Source of the DNA: Vibrio cholerae ATCC 14035
Lineage (GTDB): Bacteria > Pseudomonadota > Gammaproteobacteria > Enterobacterales > Vibrionaceae
DNA: 32,000 nucleotides
Direction of reading: 5' to 3'
Assembly: GCF_000621645.1 (NCBI RefSeq)
Contig: NZ_KK211322.1
Location: forward strand, 1-32,000
Made by a program: the position numbers and the translations under genes. The notes below the pieces were generated by a model, which saw only the letters and a list, made by a program, of their open reading frames with translations, had not been told where the DNA came from and did not search any database. Below, in pieces: positions 19,840-28,979 of the stretch. Each line of letters opens with the position of its first letter. Positions within the stretch are counted from its first letter, which is position 1.

Positions 19840-19968
19840 AGCAACCTCTTATGTGATGGTTTACCAAGAGGCTAGAGGCTACATATTGCAAAATCGCGAC
19901 AGTCTGATGAGCTTTTTGTTGCGCGGAATATCCTTGAACAGTCACCGCAAGGTATTTGGTGATAGGCA

Positions 19969-19997
19969 GTGAAAATAAGCTGAAATTTATGTGACAA
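19969..19997 (-). promoter_or_regulatory. Pho-box-like array: three 7-bp direct repeats with 11-bp phasing, upstream of olsF
   Basis: Minus strand reads TTGTCAC-ataa-ATTTCAG-ctta-TTTTCAC. The first 18 nt match CTGTCATAWAWCTGTCAY at ~13/18. Lies 130-158 bp upstream of the olsF ATG. Confidence 0.4.
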
Positions 19998-20264
19998 TTT
20001 CAGAAATAAGTCCATTTGCTCACAATTTGTACAAAAAGTGTGATGCACGAGGAATTTTAATGCTAGTTTGTTTAGGCGGGTAAAACGCAACTAATCAAAA
20101 CAACATTACACCTTTGATTTGCTGATCTGGAATAGACGGGAGCTTATGCTCCCGTTGCCATTTCTAGAGCATAAAATGGTGGGTTAGAGTGCCGTCTTAA
20201 ACCGTTCAGAAACGTTAAGGATAAGCTTACTTGACCCATTGTCTGACCCAAATTCGTCAGGTAC

Positions 20265-20297
20265 AAAAAAGGTTAGTAAGCACTAGGCCTACTAACC
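20265..20297 (-). terminator. Rho-independent terminator of the tRNA gene
   Basis: ggttagta (20271-20278) pairs with tactaacc (20290-20297). On the minus strand it is followed by TTTTTT (plus-strand A-run 20265-20270). Confidence 0.7.
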
Positions 20298-20307
20298 TTC
20301 TGGAATC

Positions 20308-20383
20308 TGGTGGCCCCTCCCAGGTTCGAACTGGGGACCAAGCGATTATGAGTCGCCTGCTCTAACCACTGAGCTAAGGGGCC
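20308..20383 (-). tRNA. ileX: tRNA with CAU anticodon, probably tRNA-Ile2 (lysidine-modified, ileX-like) rather than elongator tRNA-Met
   Basis: Reverse complement: GGCCCCTTAGCTCAGTGGTTAGAGCAGGCGACTCATAATCGCTTGGTCCCCAGTTCGAACCTGGGAGGGGCCACCA. 76 nt, cloverleaf, anticodon loop CU-CAU-AA, encoded CCA. The first ~48 nt match my recollection of E. coli ileX, including C4 and C5 in the acceptor stem. Same position downstream of rpoD as ileX in E. coli. Confidence 0.9.
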
Positions 20384-20397
20384 AAATTAGGTGTCAG

Positions 20398-20426
20398 ATT
20401 ATATTGGAAGGGGGTAGATGTGTCTA
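20398..20426 (-). promoter_or_regulatory. Sigma-70 promoter for the tRNA
   Basis: Minus strand has TAGACA (20426-20421), a 17-bp spacer, then a perfect TATAAT (20403-20398), 14 nt upstream of the mature tRNA 5' end. Confidence 0.6.
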
Positions 20427-20472
20427 GCCAAAGCGGGTTCAATAGTGCTTACAATTTATTCACTTAGCTTGT

Positions 20473-20507
20473 ATAAAAAAGAAAAGGTGAGCTCAGCTCA
20501 CCTTTTT
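20473..20507 (-). terminator. Rho-independent terminator of rpoD
   Basis: aaaaggtgagc (20482-20492) pairs with gctcacctttt (20496-20506), 3-nt loop. On the minus strand it is followed by CTTTTTTATAC. Confidence 0.85.
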
Positions 20508-20527
20508 CAGTTCATAACCAACTTGAA

Positions 20528-22393
20528 TTATTCATCCAAGAAGCTGCGCAGAACTTCTGAGCGGCTTGGATGACGCAGTTTACGCAGTGCTTTTGCTTCA
20601 ATCTGACGAATACGTTCACGAGTTACATCAAACTGCTTGCCCACTTCTTCCAGAGTATGGTCGGTATTCATATCGATACCGAAACGCATACGTAGCACTT
20701 TCGCTTCACGAGGTGTTAGGCCTGCTAATACATCGCGAGTGGCAGCTTTAAGGCTGGTTGCGGTCGCAGAATCCAGTGGCAGCTCGAGGGTGGTATCCTC
20801 GATAAAATCACCCAGATGCGAATCTTCATCATCACCAATCGGTGTTTCCATGGAGATGGGTTCTTTGGCAATTTTCAGCACTTTGCGGATTTTGTCTTCT
20901 GGCATTTGCATGCGTTCTGCCAATTCTTCAGGCAGTGGCTCACGACCCATCTCTTGCAGCATTTGGCGCGAAATTCGATTCAGTTTATTGATCGTCTCGA
21001 TCATGTGTACTGGAATACGAATCGTACGTGCTTGGTCAGCAATAGAACGAGTGATTGCCTGACGGATCCACCAAGTCGCATAAGTTGAGAATTTATAACC
21101 ACGACGGTATTCAAACTTATCGACGGCTTTCATCAAACCGATGTTACCTTCTTGGATCAGATCCAAGAATTGCAGACCACGGTTGGTGTATTTCTTAGCA
21201 ATCGAAATTACCAGACGTAAGTTTGCTTCAACCATCTCTTTCTTCGCACGGCGAGCTTTCGCCTCACCGATTGACATACGATGGCTGATGTCTTTGATGC
21301 GTTCAACAGACAGTGATGTCTCTTGCTCGATCATTTGTAGTTTCTGAATTGAACGGCGGATCTCTTCTTCTTGCTCACGGACTTTCGCTACGTAAGGCTT
21401 GTCAGAAGCAAGGACTTTATCCAGCCACTCTTCATTCGATTCATTGCCTGTAAATAGGGCGATGAACGATTTCTTCGGCATCTTCGCGACTTCAACTACC
21501 GCTTTCATTACCAAACGTTCTTGGGTGCGAACACGATCCATTGAAGTGCGCAGAGTTTCAACCAAGTGGTCGAATTGCTTTGGTGTTAGGCGGAATTCAC
21601 GGAAGATATCCAGCACTAAGTCTGACGCTTCAGAAGCTTGATGACTGTCACGACCAAATTCATTAACCGCTAATTGCAGGTTTTGGAACTTACCGCGCAG
21701 TTCATTGAATTTCTCACGAGCCAGTTCAGGGTCGATACCGACTTCTTCTTCGCTGTCGCTGCTTTCACCGTCGCCATCTTCGTCTTCATCTTCGACGACA
21801 GCATCATCTTCATCCGCGAGATCCGCTTCAGAAAGCTCAGAACCGATGTGAGTCGCGGTTGGCGCTTCGGTTTCCATGTCGTTAGGGTCAACGAAACCTG
21901 AAATCAGGTCAGTGAGACGTAGCTCTTCGGCCTGAACACGATCAAACTGCTCAAGAATATAAGGGATGGTTCCAGGATACTCAGCAATCGCACTTTGAAC
22001 TTGGTTAATACCATCTTCAATGCGCTTGGCAATATCGATTTCACCTTCACGTGTCAAAAGCTCAACCGTACCCATTTCACGCATATACATACGTACTGGA
22101 TCGGTGGTGCGGCCAATCTCACTCTCTACGCTAGAAAGTGCCGCGGCGGCTGCTTCAGCAGCATCTTCGTCAGTGATGGTAGTATCATCGCTGAGGGCAA
22201 GATCATCGGCATCAGGTGCGGTTTCCACCACCTTAATGCCCATGTCATTAATCATCTGAATAATATCTTCCACCTGCTCTGAATCAACGATTTCAGCAGG
22301 CAAGTGGTCATTTACTTCGGCGTAGGTCAGATAGCCCTGTTCCTTGCCGCGAAGGACAAGTTGTTTAAGCTGTGACTGCGGATTTTGATCCAT
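20528..22393 (-). CDS. rpoD: RNA polymerase sigma-70 factor RpoD
   Basis: [32 protein letters not shown]... to ...[11 protein letters not shown] is collinear with E. coli RpoD, including the acidic non-conserved region. Start trimmed from the track's 22444 to the ATG at 22393. Confidence 0.97.
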
Positions 22394-22491
22394 AGACGGT
22401 ATCCAACTTCGTATCTGGTGAAGGAATAAGTATGCGCAATGCAAACCACGTATACTAACAAATTTATTCTTTGCTGACTATCTCAACAGAG

Positions 22492-24255
22492 TTACGCTTT
22501 CAAGCCTTTTAAGATCAAGTCTTGTAGCTCTCTTTTCTCTTCGGTTGATAAACCGACACTTCGCTCTTTGGCCTGCAAATTTTCAATTTGTTTTTCTACG
22601 CACTGGGCAAGAATTTTGTCCAATGAGTCTAAAAATAGTTCTTCTTGATTGTCTTCGACAAGGGGAATTTCCCAACTTGCCAGACGAGACAGAAGTGTCT
22701 CATTTTTTGAGTCTCGCCAATGTTCGAGTAATTGACCCGTAGTGATATGGGGATATTGACGACATTTCTCAAGTACTTCACTGAAGGTATCGAGACCAGG
22801 GATCATCAAATGACGCACGCTCGCTAGGTCTGGTACCAATTCAGCATAGCTCGGATTTTGTATCAAGAGCGCGATAACATCACGCATTGGGGTCCGTTTT
22901 ATTGCTTTATGTGGTGCGGGTCGATTTTCTGTCTTACGTGCTTTTTTACGGCGCAGTTGGTGATCAAAGCCTGTCCGTTCATCGAGTAATTTCTCTAGGA
23001 TCTCTTGTAAAAAAGGATCCGGAATTTTGTCGATAAGTGGTGTTGCAACGGCGCGCAGTGCCGATTTACCTTCATGGCTACCCAAGTTAATTTGGTGCAG
23101 TTCAATCAAGTTCTCAAATAAGTACTGCGACAGTGGTGTAGCATTGGCAACCTGTTGTTCAAAATCGGCTTTGCCGTATTTACGCACGTAGCTATCGGGA
23201 TCTTCACCGTCCGGCAGAAACAGAAACTTTAAGATATTGCCGCTTTTGAGGTAGCTGAGTGCATTTTCTAATGCGCGCCATGCGGCATCACGTCCAGCTC
23301 GGTCACCATCATAACAACAGATGACATGGTTAGTTTGGCGAAACAACAGTTGTAAGTGATCGCCTGTGGTTGAGGTGCCCAGAGAGGCTACAGAGTAATC
23401 GACACCATATTGAGCGAGTGCCACGACATCCATATAGCCTTCCACCACTAGGATTTGTGGTGGTTCACGGTATGCCTGCAGGACTTCATAAAGGCCATAC
23501 AGCTCTTTGCCTTTATGGAAAATCGGGGTTTCAGGCGAGTTCAGGTATTTCGGTGTACCTTGCTCTGTAATACGGCCACCAAAACCAATGACTCGACCTC
23601 GACGATCGCGAATTGGGAACATGACTCGTCCGCGAAAGCGGTCATAACGGCGGCCGTTATCGTTTTCAATCAGCATACCTGCGGTGACAAGCATATCTTC
23701 ACTGCTGCGCTGCTGACCAAAATTGCGCCGTACAAGATCCCATTCATCCGCTATGTATCCAATGCCAAATTTCTGGACGATTTCTCCAGATAAACCACGA
23801 TTTTTTAAGTATTCAATCGCATGCTTGTTGGCAGGAACTTTAAGCTGCTGACGATAAAACTGGGCGATGCTGCCCATCAAGTCATACAGGCTGCGCTTAT
23901 CTTCACTTTTGACGGCTGGCGTATTTTTCGCAAAGGGGCTGGAAGGCGTTCTTTCTTCACGCTGAACTTCAAGACCTATGGTCGACGCCAGCTCTTCAAT
24001 GGCCTCAGGAAACTCCATGCGTTCATATTCCATGACAAAATCGATGGCATTGCCATGAGCACCACAGCCGAAGCAGTGATAGAACTGTTTTTCCTGACTG
24101 ACACTGAATGAAGGGGTTTTTTCGTTATGGAAAGGGCAGCAGGCGCTGTAGTTTTTGCCTTTCTTCTTCAGTTTTACGCGTGCGTCAATAACGTCGACAA
24201 TATCGAGTCGAGCAAGGAGGTCATCAATAAAACTGCGGGGGATGTGTCCTGCCAT
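22492..24255 (-). CDS. dnaG: DNA primase DnaG
   Basis: MAGHIPRSFIDDLLARLDIVDVIDARVKLKKKGKNYSACCPFHNEKTPSF matches the E. coli DnaG N-terminus (zinc-binding CCPFH...CFGCG), followed by the TOPRIM region. Start trimmed from 24321 to the ATG at 24255. Confidence 0.96.
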   Translation of the reverse strand: MAGHIPRSFIDDLLARLDIVDVIDARVKLKKKGKNYSACCPFHNEKTPSFSVSQEKQFYHCFGCGAHGNAIDFVMEYERMEFPEAIEELASTIGLEVQREERTPSSPFAKNTPAVKSEDKRSLYDLMGSIAQFYRQQLKVPANKHAIEYLKNRGLSGEIVQKFGIGYIADEWDLVRRNFGQQRSSEDMLVTAGMLIENDNGRRYDRFRGRVMFPIRDRRGRVIGFGGRITEQGTPKYLNSPETPIFHKGKELYGLYEVLQAYREPPQILVVEGYMDVVALAQYGVDYSVASLGTSTTGDHLQLLFRQTNHVICCYDGDRAGRDAAWRALENALSYLKSGNILKFLFLPDGEDPDSYVRKYGKADFEQQVANATPLSQYLFENLIELHQINLGSHEGKSALRAVATPLIDKIPDPFLQEILEKLLDERTGFDHQLRRKKARKTENRPAPHKAIKRTPMRDVIALLIQNPSYAELVPDLASVRHLMIPGLDTFSEVLEKCRQYPHITTGQLLEHWRDSKNETLLSRLASWEIPLVEDNQEELFLDSLDKILAQCVEKQIENLQAKERSVGLSTEEKRELQDLILKGLKA

Positions 24256-24282
24256 AAATCTTTGCATGCACCGAAAGATAGG

Positions 24283-24327
24283 GTCAAATACAAACAAGCC
24301 GTGCTTTCCAAAGGATTGCACGGCTTG
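24283..24327 (-). terminator. Internal terminator/attenuator upstream of dnaG (analogue of E. coli T1 in the rpsU-dnaG-rpoD operon)
   Basis: caagccgtgc (24295-24304) pairs with gcacggcttg (24318-24327), a 10-bp stem. On the minus strand it is followed by TTTGTATTTG. Lies between the yqeY-like stop and the dnaG start. Confidence 0.65.
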
Positions 24328-24344
24328 CTGTAATTGGGTTGGGA

Positions 24345-24788
24345 TTAAGCCAGTTTAGCGCGGACCAAACCGCTCACTTTACCCATGTCTGCACGCCCTT
24401 GAATATGCGGTTTAAGTACAGCCATCACCTTACCCATGTCTTGCATGCCTGCGGCGGCTGATTCAGTGATTGCGCTGTCAATCAGGGCTTTCACTTCATC
24501 ATCGCTCAGAGGTTGAGGCATAAACTCCTCAAGTACGGTGATCTCTGCTTTTTCCGCATCAGCCAAGTCTTGACGACCTGCTGCTTCGTATTGGCTTACA
24601 GAGTCGCGACGCTGTTTCACCATCTTGGTCAGCACTGCAACAATGTCGTCATCGCTCAGAGTGATCTGCTCATCGACTTCACGTTGTTTAATAGCGGCCA
24701 ACACTAAACGGATAGCGCCAAGGCGTGGTTTATCCTTGGCTTTCATCGCTAGTTTTTGCTCTTCTTTGAGATTCTCAATCAGAGCCAT
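24345..24788 (-). CDS. GatB/YqeY-domain protein
   Basis: 147 aa. The pattern (KAKDKPRLGAIRLVLAAIKQ...GRQDLADAEKAEI..VLEEFMP..LS) is typical of the YqeY family. Sits between rpsU and dnaG. Confidence 0.85.
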   Translation of the reverse strand: MALIENLKEEQKLAMKAKDKPRLGAIRLVLAAIKQREVDEQITLSDDDIVAVLTKMVKQRRDSVSQYEAAGRQDLADAEKAEITVLEEFMPQPLSDDEVKALIDSAITESAAAGMQDMGKVMAVLKPHIQGRADMGKVSGLVRAKLA

Positions 24789-24817
24789 AACAAATTCCTT
24801 AGTTTAGGAAGCTGTTA

Positions 24818-25033
24818 TTAGTACAGACGAACGCGACGTGCGTTTTCGCGAGCTAGCTTCTTAGCGTGACGCTTTTGAGCAGCTGCTTTAGCGCGTTTGC
24901 GAACGGTAGTTGGCTTTTCGTAGTGCTCACGACGGCGCACTTCAGAAAGGATACCTGCTTTTTCGCAAGAGCGTTTGAAACGACGCAGAGCTACGTCGAA
25001 CGGTTCGTTTTCACGTACTTTAACTACTGGCAT
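24818..25033 (-). CDS. rpsU: 30S ribosomal protein S21
   Basis: 71 aa. [42 protein letters not shown]... is near-identical to E. coli S21. Confidence 0.98.
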
Positions 25034-25273
25034 ATGCCTTTCACCTCGGGGGTTAATTCGTTAATGCTGATATTTTGATGACCAGAGCAGCAAGAACCCT
25101 TGTGCGCCAAGTCGATAACCAGCCAGATCAAAATGGTGCGGAATTTTAATCCGATCGTCCTTCCTTTGTAAAGCACTTTGTCGCTTACATTCTGGACAAG
25201 GTTTGTTTGTCGCGCCAAGGCGAGGTAACATGACGTCATATTTGATTTTAGATGGCAGCGTGCTGAGAAAACT

Positions 25274-26293
25274 ATGCGCATTATTGGTATTGAAACCTCT
25301 TGTGACGAAACGGGTATCGCGATTTACGATGACGAAAAAGGACTGCTGTCTCATAAGCTTTACAGTCAGGTAAAACTGCATGCCGATTATGGTGGTGTGG
25401 TGCCTGAGCTGGCTTCGCGTGATCATGTAAAAAAAACCATCCCACTCATCAAAGCGGCGATGGCAGAGGCAAACGTGACGCCGCAAGATTTAGACGGTGT
25501 GGCTTTTACCGCAGGCCCCGGTTTGGTTGGGGCGCTCTTGGTTGGCGCTACGATTGGGCGCAGTTTAGCGTACGCTTGGGATGTGCCAGCGGTGCCGGTT
25601 CATCACATGGAAGGGCATCTTCTTGCTCCGATGCTGGAAGAGAATCCGCCGCCGTTTCCGTTTGTCGCTTTGCTGGTATCGGGTGGTCACACCATGCTGG
25701 TGGAAGTGAAAAACATTGGTGAATACCGCATTTTAGGTGAGTCTATCGATGATGCGGCTGGCGAAGCCTTTGATAAAACGGCCAAATTGATGGGATTGGA
25801 TTATCCAGGTGGCCCGTTATTGGCCAAGCTGGCGGAAAAAGGGACTCCGGGACGCTTTAAATTTCCCCGTCCTATGACGGACAGACCGGGGCTCGATATG
25901 AGCTTTTCCGGTTTAAAAACTTTTACTGCCAATACCATTGCTGCAAATGGCGACGATGAACAGACCCGTGCGGATATTGCTTACGCCTTCCAAGAGGCCG
26001 TGTGTGACACTTTAGTCATTAAATGTAAACGCGCATTGGAGGAGACAGGACTTAAGCGTGTGGTGATTGCGGGTGGTGTGAGTGCCAACAAGCAGTTGCG
26101 TGCTGATTTGGAAAAACTCGCGAAAAAAATCGGTGGCGAAGTGTATTACCCACGTACTGAATTTTGTACCGATAACGGAGCGATGATCGCTTATGCGGGC
26201 ATGCAACGTTTGAAAAATGGTGATGTGTGTGAACTTGGCTTGCAAGCTCGCCCGCGTTGGCCGATTGATCAGTTAACGTCAATTCAGAAATAA
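25274..26293 (+). CDS. tsaD: tRNA N6-adenosine threonylcarbamoyltransferase TsaD (YgjD/Gcp)
   Basis: 339 aa. [27 protein letters not shown]...HMEGH is collinear with E. coli TsaD. Divergent from rpsU, as in E. coli. Confidence 0.96.
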   Translation: MRIIGIETSCDETGIAIYDDEKGLLSHKLYSQVKLHADYGGVVPELASRDHVKKTIPLIKAAMAEANVTPQDLDGVAFTAGPGLVGALLVGATIGRSLAYAWDVPAVPVHHMEGHLLAPMLEENPPPFPFVALLVSGGHTMLVEVKNIGEYRILGESIDDAAGEAFDKTAKLMGLDYPGGPLLAKLAEKGTPGRFKFPRPMTDRPGLDMSFSGLKTFTANTIAANGDDEQTRADIAYAFQEAVCDTLVIKCKRALEETGLKRVVIAGGVSANKQLRADLEKLAKKIGGEVYYPRTEFCTDNGAMIAYAGMQRLKNGDVCELGLQARPRWPIDQLTSIQK

Positions 26294-26311
26294 GTACGAC
26301 GAAATGGTATT

Positions 26312-26340
26312 GAAACGGTCGCGCTAGTGGCCGTTTTTTC
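26312..26340 (+). terminator. Rho-independent terminator of tsaD
   Basis: acggtc (26315-26320) pairs with ggccgt (26329-26334) with one G-U pair, followed by T6. Confidence 0.65.
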
Positions 26341-26446
26341 TAAACAAAAGAATGAATTAGATAATGCTGAATTTCTGCTCAGAGTTGTCTGCTTGGCATC
26401 TCATGTTACAGTCAGCGTCTACTTTATTGATGGATAAATAACTAAA

Positions 26447-27259
26447 ATGAATTCGATGCTGATTGATGGCCAAAAAATGGCTTACCTTGATGTCGGGGAA
26501 GGCGAAGTGTTGCTCTTTGGGCACAGCTATTTGTGGGATCACCAAATGTGGGCTCCACAAGTGGCTGCGTTAAGTCAACGCTATCGTTGTATTGTGCCGG
26601 ATTTTTGGGCGCATGGCGCTTCAGAGGCCGCCCCTACTGCGATGAGCAATCTCAAAGATTACGCTCAGCATATGTTGGCGCTGATGGATCATCTGCAGAT
26701 TGAGTATTTCTCTGTGATTGGCTTGTCGGTGGGAGGAATGTGGGGCGCAGAGCTGGCCTTACTTGCGCCAAAGCGAGTTCAATCTCTGGTTATGATGGAT
26801 ACTTTCGTGGGTCTTGAACCGGAAGTGACCCACAAAAAATACTTTACCATGTTAGATACCATTGCTCAGCTGCAAGCGGTGCCCGCTCCGATTGTGGAGG
26901 CGGTTGTTCCTATGTTTTTTGCATCTAACACGTTGAAAAACGAGTTGCCTGTTGTGGCGCAATTTCGCTCGGCTCTGCAAGGTTTGAGCGGCGAGCGTGC
27001 TGTTGAAGTGGCGCGTTTAGGGCGCATGATTTTCGGGCGTCGTGATTTGATGGATGAGATCGAACACTTAACTCTGCCTGTACTCATCATGGTCGGCAGT
27101 GAAGATACTCCTCGCCCAGCGTTAGAGTCTTACCTGATGCAAGATACGATTCGAGGCAGTCAACTTGAAGTGATTGAAGGGGCGGGACATATCAGTAGTT
27201 TGGAGCAGGCAGAATCGGTGACACACCACCTGCAAACGTTCTTAGCAACCGTATATTGA
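26447..27259 (+). CDS. Alpha/beta-fold hydrolase (enol-lactonase/esterase-like), substrate unknown
   Basis: 270 aa. Nucleophile elbow GLSVGG (G-x-S-x-G), HG oxyanion motif (LFGHSYL), C-terminal GAGHISSLE catalytic His region. No strong SD, so the start is uncertain (alternative ATG at 26456). Confidence 0.8.
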   Translation: MNSMLIDGQKMAYLDVGEGEVLLFGHSYLWDHQMWAPQVAALSQRYRCIVPDFWAHGASEAAPTAMSNLKDYAQHMLALMDHLQIEYFSVIGLSVGGMWGAELALLAPKRVQSLVMMDTFVGLEPEVTHKKYFTMLDTIAQLQAVPAPIVEAVVPMFFASNTLKNELPVVAQFRSALQGLSGERAVEVARLGRMIFGRRDLMDEIEHLTLPVLIMVGSEDTPRPALESYLMQDTIRGSQLEVIEGAGHISSLEQAESVTHHLQTFLATVY

Positions 27260-27307
27260 TTTTTCTGCCATTGATGAAATGGCGATCACCTATTGAGCCG
27301 CGCACGG

Positions 27308-27934
27308 TTACACGACGCGGCTCTCTTCATCATCGCTCGGCTTCTTATTCTTTTCACCGACCTTGGGCTCGGTACCCGCAAACAGGCGCTTCACGTTTTG
27401 ATGATGGCGCAGCACAATCAAACAGCACAACATGGCAACTGGAAGCGTGTACTGTGGCTTAATCAGCCAAGTGTAGAGGGGCGCGAGCAACACAGTGACT
27501 AAGGCTGCAAGCGACGAGTAGCGAAACAGTACGACAACGACAAGCCATGTGGCCATCACCATAGCGGTTAAATCGAGCCCAATCGGTGCGATTGCACCTA
27601 ACGCGGTTGCCACGCCTTTTCCACCTTTGAAATGGAAAAAAATCGGGTACATGTGACCAAGGCAGGCGGCGATTGCCACCAATCCCAACATAAAAGGTTC
27701 AATATTGAGGAAGTAGCCGCCCCAAACTGGGATGGTGCCTTTGAGCATGTCACACAATAAAACGGCCACTGCGGCTTTTTTGCCGCCGATGCGCAGTACA
27801 TTGGTGGCTCCGGGGTTTTGTGAGCCCACGTTACGCGGATCGGGGAGACGCAGAACACGACAAATCAACACCGCACTGGAAATTGACCCCAGTAGATAGG
27901 CAAAAATGATCATGCTGAGCGCCAATGGAGTCAT
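27308..27934 (-). CDS. plsY: Glycerol-3-phosphate acyltransferase PlsY (YgiH)
   Basis: 208 aa. [40 protein letters not shown] matches E. coli PlsY. Divergent from folB, as in E. coli. Confidence 0.95.
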   Translation of the reverse strand: MTPLALSMIIFAYLLGSISSAVLICRVLRLPDPRNVGSQNPGATNVLRIGGKKAAVAVLLCDMLKGTIPVWGGYFLNIEPFMLGLVAIAACLGHMYPIFFHFKGGKGVATALGAIAPIGLDLTAMVMATWLVVVVLFRYSSLAALVTVLLAPLYTWLIKPQYTLPVAMLCCLIVLRHHQNVKRLFAGTEPKVGEKNKKPSDDEESRVV

Positions 27935-28122
27935 AACAGCCTCAAACTGCGTGTTTCGAAAAGTTATCTCGAATAAGTATTTGTATTCCCTGTTGAATAA
28001 GAAAAAATCTTTTAGGATTTAGCATCTTGAACAGGTTTGGGTATATCATATCGCGATTGAGCGGATAGTACGATTTTTTCATCGGTTTGGGTATCCGACC
28101 TGTGAACAGGAAGCGATTGAGC

Positions 28123-28476
28123 ATGGATAAAGTGTTTATTGAACAGTTGGAAGTGATCACGACGATTGGGGTCTACGACTGGGAACAGCAGATCAAGCAG
28201 AAATTGGTGCTCGATCTGGAAATGGCGCACGACAACCGTGCAGCGGGAAAAAGTGATGATGTAGCGGATGCTCTGGACTATGCCCAAGTCAGCCAAGCTG
28301 TGCTGGAGCATATCGAACAAGGGCGTTTTTTACTGGTAGAGCGTGTGGCTGAAGAAGTGGCTGAACTGATCATGACTCGCTTTGCTGTGCCTTGGCTCCG
28401 CATCCGCTTGACCAAGCCGGGCGCAGTGCCGCAAGCCAAAGGAGTCGGCGTGATCATCGAGCGAGCGCGTGGATGA
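28123..28476 (+). CDS. folB: Dihydroneopterin aldolase
   Basis: MDKVFIEQLEVITTIGVYDWEQQIKQKLVLDLEM... matches E. coli FolB from residue 1. SD aggaag at 28108-28113. The track start at 28087 was trimmed. Confidence 0.93.
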   Translation: MDKVFIEQLEVITTIGVYDWEQQIKQKLVLDLEMAHDNRAAGKSDDVADALDYAQVSQAVLEHIEQGRFLLVERVAEEVAELIMTRFAVPWLRIRLTKPGAVPQAKGVGVIIERARG

Positions 28477-28979
28477 TCACCGCTTATATTGGTGTGGGCT
28501 CAAATCAGGATCGCCATCAGTCGATTGAAGCTGGCCTTCGTGCATTAGCCGAGCTGGCGAGCCAGTGGCGTCTGTCCACGATTTATGAGTGTCCATCCGT
28601 TGGGTTTGCCAGCCATCCTTTCTTCAATCTGATGGTTGAGATGGAGACAGAGCTCGCGCTGCCTGAATTGATGAAGCAGTTAAAAGCGATCGAGCTGCGT
28701 TGTGGCCGTTTGCCGAATGCACAAAAGTATCAGGATCGAACACTGGATCTTGATATTGTGCTGTATGGCGATTGTGTATCGGAGAATGATCCAGTGCTGC
28801 CTCGACCGGATATCTATCGCTATCCGTTTGTGATTCAACCTTTATATGAGCTCTGTCCGCAGCGAGTGATTGCTGGTGATGGTCGAACTGTTGAGCAGAT
28901 TTGGCAACAAGCGCAGGATTTAGCATCACTCACCCCAGTACCGATCTGGTTTTCTATTAACGAGAAGAAACAATCATGA
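28473..28979 (+). CDS. folK: 2-amino-4-hydroxy-6-hydroxymethyldihydropteridine pyrophosphokinase (HPPK)
   Basis: 168 aa. [11 protein letters not shown]... and [11 protein letters not shown] match HPPK hallmarks (E. coli MTVAYIAIGSN..., RTLDLDIMLFG). The ATG at 28473 overlaps the folB stop (ATGA). The track start at 28392 lies inside folB. Confidence 0.88.

Noticed and set aside
19872-20090. 72-aa minus-strand ORF in the olsF upstream region, considered as a possible island remnant or small gene.
   Set aside because: It has a TTG start without an SD and a Cys/Phe-rich nonsense-like translation. It overlaps the Pho-box-like repeats and the likely olsF promoter, and no homology is recognised.
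20136-20155. GC-rich hairpin acgggagc-ttat-gctcccgt in the olsF-tRNA spacer, considered as a possible sRNA terminator.
   Set aside because: No U-tract on either strand and no nearby promoter-like element. There is insufficient evidence for an RNA gene.
20126-20306. 8-bp direct repeat tctggaat (20126-20133 and 20299-20306) next to the tRNA 3' end, considered as a possible att scar of an excised island.
   Set aside because: Roughly one or two 8-mer repeats are expected by chance in ~470 bp. The repeat does not include tRNA sequence, and nothing island-like lies between the copies.
25230-25239. Perfect 10-bp palindrome ATGACGTCAT in the rpsU-tsaD divergent region.
   Set aside because: It is a single short palindrome with no known bacterial regulator motif that I can assign, and it could occur by chance. 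It is noted only for completeness.
27295-27323. 8-bp-stem hairpin gagccgcg...cgcggctc spanning the plsY stop codon, between the convergent hydrolase and plsY genes.
   Set aside because: No T-run follows on either strand and half of it is coding, so it cannot be called a terminator.
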